Source: Octopus sinensis (Eukaryota). From it: a DNA stretch of 64,000 nucleotides. The stretch spans positions 868,001-932,000 of the forward strand of contig NC_043008.1 in the NCBI RefSeq assembly GCF_006345805.1, read 5' to 3'. Made by a program: the position numbers and the translations under genes. A model generated the notes under the pieces. That model was not told the DNA's origin. It saw only the letters and a program-made list of their open reading frames with translations, and ran no database searches. Shown here one piece after another: positions 14,216 to 26,361 of the stretch (position 1 is the stretch's first letter; each line of letters begins with the position of its first letter).

Positions 14216-15205
14216 CAATATATATATAACACTACATGTCTATATATATACTTTTTTTGTGAGTACACTTTAGCGTTTGAAGCTGTTGAATTTGTTCCAG
14301 TTTATAAGATTTATACTTTCTATAAATCATTCGACACACGCTGGAGTGGTTTCGTTTATTTTTTGCATTTGTCTCGTAGCATTTACACTCTAGACTGACA
14401 GTTCCAATAGTTATTTATATAATAGATTAGAAATATCGTTATTTTTTTCACATTTGTTAAATTGTAAATGTCTGCTTATAGAAATGTACAAGGAATAAAT
14501 CTGTTAAAGCTAAATGAAACACCAAAAATCGAAATAAATTTGTGAACACTGTTCATTTGACGTCAACCACAAGCTCAATTTTTCGGCGACTACTGCAATA
14601 TATACGAAAGCGGATACATCTGAAAAGAGGAGAGTAAATCTATATGTGAAAAGTAACTCGGTTTCACGTCCAGGTTGGAACAATATTTTCACATACATTA
14701 GCAGCAAGATATGAATATCATGTTTCATTTCTCCTCAACAAACTATAATGTTCACCACATATCCACGTCTACCGAGGTTAAAATTGTAATGTATCTTAAA
14801 AATGGAGAAGTGGATAAAGGAAAATATCAAGTGTTGTTTAAAAGACAAAGACATCGATGCGACGCTTACGAATGACGGTTTTTTTAAACATACTTATAAA
14901 GAAATAAGTATTTAACATTTCGTGATTTCATTCTTATATTGAAATGTTTAATTCTTCGTTTCATCTCATTTCCTTTAAATGTGTATACCACTCGCAAATG
15001 AAATTAACTGAACAATATACGGACGTGTATTAATGAGGTTTTATATTATAAGTATAAGGATGTCCCTAAAAGAGACACAGGAAACGTTCCCTGTGAGACA
15101 AGCTCATTGTTGTTCAGGCCTCTGCCGCTATATTTGGTGACCTCATCAGTGGTCCATTGCTTCCTCCTTTCTTTGTGTCTTTCCTTACTAACGATCGTTA
15201 GCAAA

Positions 15206-15255
15206 GGACCACTGACGAGGTCACAGACGCGTGACGAAAGAACTATGACCGAAAT
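15206..15255 (+). ncRNA. Hammerhead-ribozyme-like core
   Basis: CTGACGA (15212-15218), helix II GTCAC/GTGAC (15220-15235), GAAA (15236-15239). No convincing cleavage-site or helix I partner was found. Confidence 0.45.
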
Positions 15256-15430
15256 ACAATTAATATGAAATAAAGCTGAAGCGAGTAAACACCAAAATAC
15301 ATAGTGCTTGTGTTTTCATTAGCTAAATTGGAAACATGACGATCCCCAAGTACAACAATATCTGCTTTAACACTCGAATTCAGATCAAGAACCTGGCAAA
15401 ACGAAAATATAAAGGTGTATATATATATAC

Positions 15431-15481
<51 letters not shown>

Positions 15482-15527
15482 CATACATATATATACATAC
15501 ATACATACTTACATACATACCTATATA

Positions 15528-16795
15528 TATTGGGCTGGCATCAAAGTTCCCTCCGTCTTTAAAATTTAAATTTTTTAACGGGTTAATTAAAATAACAACT
15601 AATTAATAAATAATGTATTCACCCTTGTTGTTTACAACTTCTTCCCAAAGTTCAACAAGATTTTCATTACCTTGTTGGTAGAAATCACCCGATTCCAACT
15701 CGAAAAATTGATTCAACCATACTCTCAATTCTGCATCAGTATTGAACGAAATTCAGCGCATAGCATTCGAAAGAGATCGAAAGAGGTTGAAATCCGTTTG
15801 TGCTAAATCAAGAGAGTACGGCGGGTGTGGCAGAACTTCCCAGCCATGCGTTTGAATGGCTTTTTTGGTCATACTGGCGATATGAGGGCGGGCGTTGTCA
15901 TGCAGTAGAAGAACTCCATGCTGCCGATTAGGTCTTTTCTCTTGAATAGGGAGGTTGAGTCGTTCCATCTGTGGAGCATACAGTTCCGTGTTGACCATTT
16001 GGGTCCGTTTAAGCAATTCGTAATGGATAATCCATTCCCAGTCAAACCATACGCAGAACATCGTTTTACGCGGATGAAGATCTTGCTTCACGCGTGGTGT
16101 CGCTTGTTTACCGAGGCTAAGCCATACCTTACGCTGCTTCATATTGATGAACAGGCACCATTTTTTGTCGCCAGTAACGATTCAGTAAAGAAATCCTTGC
16201 TTGTGTCCATGAGCACGCGTCCACGAGCAAGCAAACCAGCTGAGATTTTGGCTCGTTGAAGGTTGTTGTTGTCATTTAAAGCATACAGAACCCATGCTCC
16301 ATACTACTGAACCTTTCCCATCGACTGAAGATGCTTTTTTACAGCAGTGTGAGACCATTCCATTTTCTCTGCCAGGTCCCTTGTTGTTTGACAAGAATCT
16401 TCGTGCAAATGTTGGTTTAATCGCTCTTCATCCAAATCAACTGGATGGTCAGAACGAGGTGCGTATTTGAGGTCAAAATTTCTACTTTTGAACTTGGCAT
16501 AGCAATCACGAGCTGTTCTTTCAGCTATGGTACTTTCTCCATACACAGCACAAATGTCACGAGCAGCTTTTGCGGCCTTAGAACCTTGATTAAAAGCAAA
16601 ATGAAGGAGGTGTCTAAAATGCTCGTTTTTCATTAACTTGACATTCCATTTTAATGATCTGAAAATAAACAAAAAAACTAAAATTAACTAGAAAAAAAAA
16701 GAAACAAAATAGATTCCAAAATTTAAAAAGGCAATAAATTCCAAAAAAAAAAAAAAACCGCGGGAACTTAGTTCCATTTCTTTCATTTTTATATA
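15528..16795 (-). mobile_element. Mariner (DD34D) DNA transposon, ~1.27 kb, defective
   Basis: HTH region (HFRHLLHFAFNQGSKAAKAARDICAVYG), GAWVLYA (WVPHEL position), IVTGDKKW, HDNARPH, HPPYSLDLAQTDF. Left end TATTGGGCTGGCATCAAAGTTCCC is mariner-TIR-like; the right TIR is degenerate (shares AAGTTCCC). Confidence 0.92.
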
Positions 16796-17544
16796 ACATC
16801 TCATTTTCATTCGTTTTATGTTTTGTGTCCCCAATGTGGTGTTGTGTCTGTCCTTGCTGTCCTAGTGGTATCCCCCTCTGTGTTTGGGGCCATAGTGCCT
16901 AAATAAAGAAAAGTGAGTCTAACTGAATTATCAGCTGTCAGCATGTAGTGCCTCACTGGATTTTACCTCGAGAAATGAATCCTGAGGAAGCAAATGTTTT
17001 TTCTACAGGGAGCTGAATTTGGACTATTTCTTACAAGCCCTAAAAACTTTTCTGAAACGGCCGCATGTTTGGACTAATACTTTCAATCGCCTCTTTTAAG
17101 CTATTTTCTATCTTCATGATATCCCTTATATATTTTATATATTTTAGGTGTTTATCTTTTAGGTTTATATTCTTATATTTCATTTTTATGTTTATATTTT
17201 TATATTTCTCTATACTTATCAAATTCTTAATCTAAAAATATTTGGATATTCGAATGGAATAATATCTCATGTCCTACATCTGAATTCTGAATTTGGTTGC
17301 TTGAATATTTTACGACAAATATCTGAAATTTTTATCGCATACCAAATTTTATTCATCTTTAGCTCATAGAGGGGCGAAGAAACAGTTGTACTATATACAG
17401 GAGCTTTATCTCTTTTAAAACTCTCGTATCACATATATATATATATATATATATATATAGGTGAGAAAGTTAGTGTGTGAAAGCACGTGGTTGAATATAT
17501 AGAAAATAGTAAAAAGTGAAAAAACTACAGAAGGCTTGTTATTG

Positions 17545-17748
17545 CTTTCAAAATTCGGTGCAAGGCCAGCAATTTTGGGAGAAGGGTGAGTCGATTGTAT
17601 CAGTGTTCAACTGATACTTATTTTATGGACCCCGAAAGGTTTAATGGCAAAGTCGACCTCGTCGAATTTGAACTCAGAGCATGTAGACGGACGAAGTGTC
17701 GCTAAGTATTTTTCCCGGCATGCTAGCGATCCTACCAGCTTGCACCAC
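17545..17748 (-). mobile_element. Family-1 SINE (left arm of an inverted duplication)
   Basis: SINE core and head motifs; near-identical reverse complement at 23563-23766. Confidence 0.85.
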
Positions 17749-17849
17749 ATCAACCTTTATTATTCGAAACTGAAATAATACATATGAGGAATATACCTGA
17801 AATATTATAAGAAAGAAACACACACACACACACATATGCATAACACATT

Positions 17850-17881
17850 TTTTATATAGATAGATAGATAAATAAATAGAC

Positions 17882-17922
<41 letters not shown>

Positions 17923-17952
17923 ATAGACAGATAGATAGATAGATAAATAGAC

Positions 17953-17990
<38 letters not shown>

Positions 17991-18037
17991 ATAGACAGAT
18001 AGATAGATATATTAGATAATAGATAGATGATAGATAT

Positions 18038-18067
<30 letters not shown>
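17850..18067. repeat. (GATA)n array flanking Tx1 copy C
   Basis: Direct reading. Confidence 0.95.
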
Positions 18068-18068
<1 letters not shown>

Positions 18069-18390
18069 TGTTCTTTATTAGCCACACAGGGCTGCACACA
18101 GATAGAACAATACAAGGTAGAGTTTTCTTTGAAGGTATAAAAAAAAAAAAAAGGAAGGGGAAGGTTCGATCAAAAGGGATAGAAAGGAGAGAAAGAGGAC
18201 AAAAATAAGGGGGTTAAAAAAAAAAAAAAAAGGGGGGGGAGGAAAAAAAAATGATCAATAGGATCGTATCACAGAAATGTCAATATGAAGTGTAAGAGGA
18301 CAGGTGAGGTTTACCCGTGAAAGAAAAGCCTGCGGAAAAGACCACGGTAACCTCGGTCAATGAGTCACATTTTATATTTCTTTTTTTTTT
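18068..18390 (-). mobile_element. Tx1 LINE copy C: 3'UTR only
   Basis: Reverse complement nearly identical to 29310-29652 of copy B and ends GTGGCTAATAAAGAACAT. (GATA)n lies on both sides. Confidence 0.92.
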
Positions 18391-18420
18391 AGATAGATAG
18401 ATAGATATAGATAAATAGAC

Positions 18421-18452
<32 letters not shown>

Positions 18453-18453
18453 G

Positions 18454-18487
<34 letters not shown>

Positions 18488-18520
18488 AGATAATAGATAA
18501 ATAGACAGATAGATAGATAG

Positions 18521-18560
<40 letters not shown>

Positions 18561-18580
18561 GGATAGTATATAGATAGATA

Positions 18581-21500
18581 ACTTTTTTTATTAGCCACAC
18601 AGGGCTGAGATACAGAGGGGACAAATACAAAGGCAGAGCTTTTCTTTTCGAGGGTGGAAAAAAAAAAAAAAATGTAAGATTGCGATCAAAAGGGATCGAG
18701 AGGAGGAAAAAAAGGAAAAAAAAGAAAATCGTGTATCACAGAAGAAATAATGGTGTAAACATTGATATAACAAGATGGGTTCATCCGTGGGAAGAAAAGC
18801 CTACAGAAAAGACCACGGAACCCCAGTCAGGGAAGGAAATAAACACATGAGGTAAAAATGCTTTCTTTTTTTTTTTTTTACGATCTACAGGATCATGCTC
18901 AAAATGGTTGTTTCGGACTAGCACGCACCATCTTTGCAACATTCACCCATCTTTTTTGAATCTTTCGCGAGACAAAACTTCCCTCTCCATTCTCACCTTC
19001 CTTTTCAAGTGGTACTTGAAAAAGTTGATGAGCGATTGCCAGAGAGGTAAGTGTTGTTTGTCTCTAATCCTTTCGCTCGAGTCCACCACACACATTCTTT
19101 CACCATGGCCACCAGTACGATGAAAACTGCCTTGCCTTCCCGGATGAGGGAAGGGGGCGGAGCAAGATAATTCTCCGATAGACTCGGCCGATAGGCGGAT
19201 TCTCCACACGTGACAGCAGCCGTTCGGCATAAGCCCACAGGTCGGAAATGGTTGGACATTGCAGAGTGCGTGCAGAACGGTTTCGTCGCTCTGACCGCAT
19301 CTCGGGCAAGTCGGTCAGTGGATAGAACCGTGTCTGTAGAGCTTATCCCGAACAGGTAATGCTTCTCGATAGCACTGCCAGGCCAGGGATCTTGGTGATT
19401 GTCATGGTCCCGGCCCGAAAGTTGTCCTGAACAGGCGGGTCAGGTGTTCCTCGTCGACGCCCAGACTCTGCCCGAGTTCGTCGTCGCACCCCCTCCACTA
19501 ATCCTCTATAGAATGCCTTTGTTGTGATGGAGTCGCACAAGTTCGATCCCGGACGGCAGAGTTGCTTGAGAGCAACGCGACACTCACGGTGCCATTCGCC
19601 TAGCTCGGTCTCTGCTTGATCCATGACTGTAGTTCGTCCAAGGAGACGAGCTGCGGGAAAGCGCGCCGCAACAAAAGGCGACCACCCTGTTCACCGTTGT
19701 CTATGAAGCGCCGGAGATGTCGCAGTCTCAGCGCATGTCTGCGCATCATCAACACGGCATGCCAGCCCTCCATTTAGGGGTGTTGGCAGCAAATGGATGC
19801 CTAAATCGGAACGTTTCCCTCCACAAAGAAGCGGAAGAGTATGCGTTCCAGTTTGGTGATGGTAGGGTCGGGGACAAGGCACGACGGTCAGACGGTACTC
19901 GATGACGGATGCGATGTACGCGTTCGCCACTCCGCCCGACCTTTTAGGGATAGCTTTCTCTCAGTCCATTCTGGGTGAGAGTAGCCACCCTAGTCGTTAT
20001 CTCGCCCCAGTTCTTCTCCATTTGGAGGTCCGGACCGAACCAGACCCGAGCAATTTAACCGGTCCGTCCGTCCAGCGTCCCACGATGGAGACGCTGTTGG
20101 ACGGCATGGCTTGCTTCTCCAGGTGCGAGCCGCAAGCCCACTGACTTTTCCCGGTTAATTTTTGCTCCCGTTACCGCTTCGTATTCTTTCAGTGTCTCGC
20201 CGACCAGCTCGATGGCTCGTAGCTCGACACTATGACGGTGACGTCATCCGCGTATGCAGACACGCCTCCCGCTCCCAGCTCTCGTGGGATGCCCTCAGCG
20301 TCGCCAGTTTCCGCAGTAGTGGCTCAAGAGTCAGTACATACAGCAGCGATGAGAGGGGGCATCCCTGACGAACCGAACGCATGATGTTAAAAGGTCTGGA
20401 TATGACCATTTACGCGAACTACTGAGCGGATGCCGCTTTGTATAAGGCAGCGATCCAACCGCGGAAAACTGGAACCGAAACCAGCCGCTTTGAGGACAGC
20501 CTCCAAGTAGTGATGGTCTACCCTATCGAAGGCTTTGATTGATCCAAATTGATCAGCGCCCCACCCATGCCAGGATTTTTAACTACCCTGTCTATGATGT
20601 AGCGCATCAGATGGAGGTTGTCATGAATACTTCTACCCGGCACGGCGCATGTTTGCGCCTTGTCGATAGTTTCTTGATGACAAGCGCCAACCTCTCGGCT
20701 AACACCTTGGCCAAAATTTTCAAATCTGCGTTGAGCAGAGTGATGGGCCTGAAATTATCTATGACGTCCCCCTTGTTTGGGTCTTTCTTGATCAGTGCCA
20801 CTGCTCCTCGCTTTACAAAAGCAGGGATACTCCCGTTCTGCTGCCAGTTGCAGTAGACAGCTGCCAAGACGCCTCCAACAAGTCTGGCATATGAAAATAA
20901 AATTTCGTAGGCAGACCATCCAAGCCTGGTGACTTGTCTCTCGCGCAGCCTACCATCGCATCCTGTACGTCCGCAGCGTGATAGGCTTTTCACAAGACTC
21001 CAACTCCCTTGCTGAGAGTCGTGGCAAGGCATGCAGGTAGGCACTAAAGTCCACTCTGCTTTCTGACTCACCACTTGTCCAAAACAGTTGGGTGAAGTGT
21101 TGTTGAAAACCCCACCCCACACATCCTTTTAGGTCGAGCAATTCGCGCCCCTGTTCATCTATAAGAGACTTGATGGGGCTCTGTTGCCTCGTTGCGTCTC
21201 CACCACTCGGGCCTCTTGGGCGCTCCAACTCTTCGTTCTCAGAGCACGATCCTAGCTCTGACAACGCATCCCTCGTGTTTGGCGTTGAGGTGTTGGTCGA
21301 GGGCCAATCTCGCCGCCAGTACGTTGGACGCGCTTGCCAGTTCTAAGTGCCTCTTCTAAAACCTTAATAATTCTCCCTCTACTCTATTTCGGTCTAATGC
21401 TAGGGCTCTACTGTATCTGACTGATTCTGCTTTAATCGCTTTTTTTAGGGATACACCATCGTTGTTGATGATGGTACCCGTCAAAGCTCTCTTAACTAAT

Positions 21501-22230
21501 GTGATGACCGGTCCCTGTAAACCTGTCGTGCTGTAAAAGACCGTTCAGTTTCCAGAACCAGGACCCTGCCTATGTGCCTATCTAAGTCAAGTGTACAAGT
21601 CACAAACTTGTGATCTGTGTAACTGACTATATGAAATGTGACAACCTACACTATTTTATCTATTGTCCTACAGAATACTCTATCTAAGTATGATGAGACG
21701 ACCCGATGCGGTTACTCCATGTCCACATTGGCACCTTCGGGTGGTCCAGTCGGTACCTGTCAGACAGTTGGAACGTCTGAGCAGGTCTTTGAGGCATTTG
21801 CATCCTTCTATTGCTATCTCTGCCCACGTAGTCTAGGTGCGTGTCCAGGGTGGCATTCCAATCCCCCACTAAAAGTAAAGGACGAGACGTTCCCATTGAA
21901 AGACTCTAGACGTCGAAAGAAATTGGTCGGCCTGTTAAGGACGGAGCATAAACTGCTATCAGTCGAAAAGCACACTCATTGCTGCCATCGACATTCAAAA
22001 CGACCAGCTACCCCCGGGTCTAGGAAAATTTGCTCTTACTTTGAGATCCAGACTCTTCCGGATGAGCACCGCGGTGCCACTCCGCCCATTTCGGTAGACA
22101 CGGAGAAAAATAAATGTTGAAATGTGTACCGAAAATGTGCTGGAGTGCCCGCAAGCTGTGGAGTCTGGTCTCACTGATGGCTATGATATCAGATTTAGTG
22201 ACTTGATGTCATTTAACAGGTAGCCTTGTT
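18581..22230 (-). mobile_element. Tx1-clade LINE copy A: nearly complete ORF2 (APE endonuclease, RT, CCHC) plus 3'UTR; older, many frameshifts
   Basis: Minus strand gives DIIAISETRL (~22150-22185), [64 protein letters not shown] and CPRC...HALQCP. Both ends abut (GATA)n. Confidence 0.93.
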
Positions 22231-22236
22231 AGATAT

Positions 22237-22270
<34 letters not shown>

Positions 22271-22274
22271 GGAT

Positions 22275-22313
<39 letters not shown>

Positions 22314-22369
22314 GGATAGATAGATAGATAGATAGATAGATATAGATAGATAGAGATAGATAGATAGAT

Positions 22370-22441
22370 ATGTTTCTTTATTAGCCACACAGGGCTGCAC
22401 ACAGATAGAACAAATACAAGGTAGAGCTTTTCTTTTGAAGG

Positions 22442-22481
<40 letters not shown>

Positions 22482-22921
22482 GGAGGTTCGATAAAAGGGA
22501 TCGATAAAAGGGATCGTAAAAGAGAGAGAAAGAGGACAAATAAGGGGGGTTTTAAAAAAAAAAAAAAAAAAAAAGGGGGGGGGAGAGGAAAAAAAAATGA
22601 TCAATAGGGATCGTTATCACAGAAATGTCAATATGAAGTGTAAAGGGGAGGACAGGTGAGGTTTACCCGTGGAAAGAAAAGCCTGCGGAAAAGACCACGG
22701 TAACCTCGGTCAATGAAGTCACATTTTATATTTCTTTTTTTTTTTTTTTTTTTTTGCAAATAAGCAACTCTCTGTTTTCGATTTCTGGGTTCATAGGACT
22801 ATGCTCAAGGTGGCTTCGTCATTCATACGTGCCATTCTTGCTACATTCACCCATCTTTTTTAAAACATTCGCTAGACAAAACTTGCCTCTCTACTCTCAC
22901 TTTCCTTTTCAAGTGGTACTT
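22370..22921 (-). mobile_element. Tx1 LINE copy D: last ORF2 codons plus 3'UTR
   Basis: Reverse complement matches copy B from AAGTACCACTTG (~29126) to GAAACAT. (GATA)n lies on both sides. Confidence 0.92.
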
Positions 22922-22926
22922 AGATG

Positions 22927-22961
<35 letters not shown>

Positions 22962-22963
22962 GG

Positions 22964-23007
<44 letters not shown>

Positions 23008-23096
23008 GCGTAGATGATAGATAGATAGATATAGATAGATAGATAGATAGATAGATGATAGATAGATAGATAGATATAGATAGATAGATGATAGAT

Positions 23097-23127
<31 letters not shown>

Positions 23128-23153
23128 AAAAAAAAAAAAAAATAAAAAAATAA

Positions 23154-23383
23154 GGCGGCGAGCTGGCAGAAACGTTAGCACGCCGGGCGAAATGCGTAGC
23201 CGTATTTCGTCTGCCGTTACGTTCTGAGTTCAAATTCCGCCGAGGTCGACTTTGCCTTTCATCCTTTCGGGGTCGATAAATTAAGTACCAGTTACGCACT
23301 GGGGTTGATGTAATCGACTTAATCCGTTTGTCTGTCCTTGTTTGTCCCCTCTGTGTTTAACCCCTTGTGGATAGTAAAGAAAT
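23154..23383 (+). mobile_element. Full-length young family-1 tRNA-derived SINE
   Basis: A-box-like TGGCAGAAACGTTAG, B-box-like GTTCAAATTCC, central GCCTTTCATCCTTTCGGGGTCGATAAA..GTACCAG domain, tail ending AAAGAAAT. It resembles octopus OK-type SINEs from memory; check Dfam or SINEBase. Confidence 0.9.
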
Positions 23384-23562
23384 ATATATATATATATATA
23401 TAATACATACATACATACATATATATATATATAAAATAGTAAAAAGTGAAAAAACTACAGAAGGCTTGCTTTAAAAGGTTAAAAAAAATATATTTGAGTC
23501 AAGCCTCAATATATATATATTCCTCATATGTATTATTTCAGTTTCGAATAATAAAGGTTGAT

Positions 23563-23766
23563 GTGGTGCAAGCTGGTAGGATCGCTAGCATGCCGGGAAA
23601 AATACTTAGCGACACTTCGTCCGTCTACATGCTCTGAGTTCAAACTCGACGAGGTCGACTTTGCCATTAAACCTTTCGGGGTCCATAAGATAAGTATCAG
23701 TTGAACACTGATATAATCGACTCACCCTTCTCCCAAAATTGCTGGCCTTGCACCGAATTTTGAAAG
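23563..23766 (+). mobile_element. Family-1 SINE (right arm of the inverted duplication)
   Basis: Reverse complement of 17545-17748. Confidence 0.85.
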
Positions 23767-24897
23767 CAATAACGAAGGTTGATGTGTGCAAAGATTTAAT
23801 GTATTTCATGTAATTGATTATTATTTACTTTGCATTTTCTGTTTGTACAGCTGCTTATTCTATGCCTTTAAATCTGCTATCGATATCCTAACACCAATAA
23901 TCTCTAACACGCATACATTTTACGCTCTTATAGTTCGTGCATACAACTTCTATCCTCTCATTGACACACTTTCGTTTTGTAGTTCTTTGCAATTAGTTCG
24001 ATCAATTCATAACATTACTTCCATTTTGCAAGTATTTTCATTAATGTCTTTTGGAAACAGATTAATGTTTGCATAAAGATTCTTTGAAAGATTGTATCCT
24101 GTCTAAAAGCAGAGCCCTTTGCAGTTTCTTTTTGTTTCCTCAGGCTTCACCAAATAACGGCGTTCATGATTGTAATTTTTATAGATTGCAACCGAATGGT
24201 TACAAATACCGAACGAACCCTTTCCATTTACAATTATAAAGAATAGTGTAATTTTTTATTTTTTAAATTTTTTCCTAACGAAAAATGTCTTTTGTCGGCA
24301 ACTCTTGTATCTTCTTTTAGTACGAACCATTTACAGAAGTGGTTTATTTTTATGCTATTTAAAATATTGATTTTTGATATTTAATGATAAAAAAAAACAG
24401 TAAATGGCCCGTGAACGAAACTAATTCCAATTCAAAATTATAGCATGTAATTTGTAATATTACATCTGACAACAAATCTAGAGGTACTTTAAACACACAC
24501 TGACTATCCGTCACTAATATCAATACAAGGTAATACAAAATAAAATTACTGTTTCAGGGAACTCAAATACTAAATTCTATTAGACTTAATTAAGTGGGGA
24601 AGTATTATTTCATTAATACGTACCTACTTCGACTTATAATTAATGTTACAGCACAAGCATAACTGTCGAGAAAAATTCTTCAAATTTTAATGGTGTATTG
24701 AAAGCTACGAATTATTTGGGTAGAATCAGTTGTTCCTATATGAAACTAAGTCTTCATCCGTCGCTAGGTTGCCGGTAAAAATACTTGTTGATCATGCAAG
24801 TACCTACTATTGATAACAGACCGTTATACAGTGAAAGTCGCGTTAGTTACTATGGTGGAAACACTACCTATGTATCTAACACACACACACAGTCACA

Positions 24898-24936
<39 letters not shown>

Positions 24937-25106
24937 CTCTCTCTCTCTCACTCACCCACTGTCTCTTAACAGCAACAACGAAGACACCAACAACAATCTC
25001 TCATTTATAGCGAAAGGCTTTTTGAAAGTGTGTGTTGCGTTTTCCCTGTGTTGAGAAACATACAGAAAGAAGCAGCCACACACACACATACACACACGGA
25101 CAGACA

Positions 25107-25148
<42 letters not shown>

Positions 25149-26229
25149 ACCAATGAAAAATAACTATTTTTATATTAGGAAAGTCTTTCGTTGATTTTTG
25201 AAATCTGTGTTCCGTTGTGCTGGACAAACTCGCTCTTAAAACTCACGAGTTTTTGATCAAAACTATTTCGGTAATATTGTGACGATTCTATCTTTCACAA
25301 ACCTTCCATCTTTCTTTCCAACAACAACGTTTTCTCCGTCCCTCCTTCCCCCTCTTCTAAATATATCTTGGCAGGAGTTATTTCCCTTGTTGATTCATCC
25401 TCCAGAGGGAGATCTATCTGTTTCCATCTTATAGAAATCTCAAGGCTGGTTGTTTTAGTCAATGAATGTGAATAGAACTTCTTCTGATGGACAATATTTC
25501 CGTATATTTTCTCCTCATGGTATTATGTTCTGCTACATATATATATACCAGCCAAATCAATTTTTCCTGCTTCGAAAACGGATACACAAGTTCTGCGGAC
25601 ACAAACAAGGTGAAAATGACAATGAAAGGATGCTTTTGAGCAAAAGGATCATATTTTTTATATTTCAGTCAAGAGGAAAAATAGTGGCCATAAGCCTTTA
25701 CAGAGCTTCCGAGACTAAAGGAGAAGAAGAAAGGAGAAAAGTCTTCTTAAACCGGAGACCTTTCCTGAGCACTTGCGACAGAATGTACTCTACGAACGGC
25801 ACCAAGTAGTTGTGGTGTGAAACTGAACGACAGTTCGAATGAAGCTTCGAATTAGACAATAGTGAAATTGCATCTGAGAAGGGGCGGAGAGCCGGAATAA
25901 AACCTGCTCAGCATCTGTTCTGATATTGTTGCTGTCTCATCTTTGACTGTTACATTTTTTATCGACTCTTTATTCTGCTCAATCAGGTCTTCAAACAATG
26001 AACCAGAGATAGTAATTATGTTCAATAGACATGTCTAAAATACTTTATTCCTGGGGAAAATATAATTCTTTTGCTTAGATGACATTGCTTTCCTAAATTG
26101 CTTATGAGCAGGAAATTATTACCACGCACCAGACATTGGAAACTAGAAGCCAAGGCATCACTTGACAGAAGCCAAACTAATTGGCTGAGAACATATGAAC
26201 AGAAACAAGCGAACACACATAATCATATA

Positions 26230-26240
26230 TACACGTTTAC

Positions 26241-26318
<78 letters not shown>

Positions 26319-26323
26319 GTCTG

Positions 26324-26360
<37 letters not shown>
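26230..26360. repeat. (CTAT)n array at the 5' junction of Tx1 copy B
   Basis: Direct reading. Confidence 0.95.

Positions 26361-26361
<1 letters not shown>

Noticed and set aside
17850-23100. Repeat-spacer alternation resembling a CRISPR array
   Set aside because: The repeats are variable-length microsatellites, the spacers are LINE fragments, there are no cas genes and the context is eukaryotic.
23154-23230. tRNA-like heads (A and B boxes) here and in other SINE copies
   Set aside because: They continue into SINE bodies and no complete cloverleaf is evident, so they are not called tRNA genes.
25150-26220. Unique-looking, promoter/5'UTR-like sequence with an acceptor-like TTTCAG at ~25668
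   Set aside because: All frames close quickly and there is no donor or motif support; RNA-seq would be needed.
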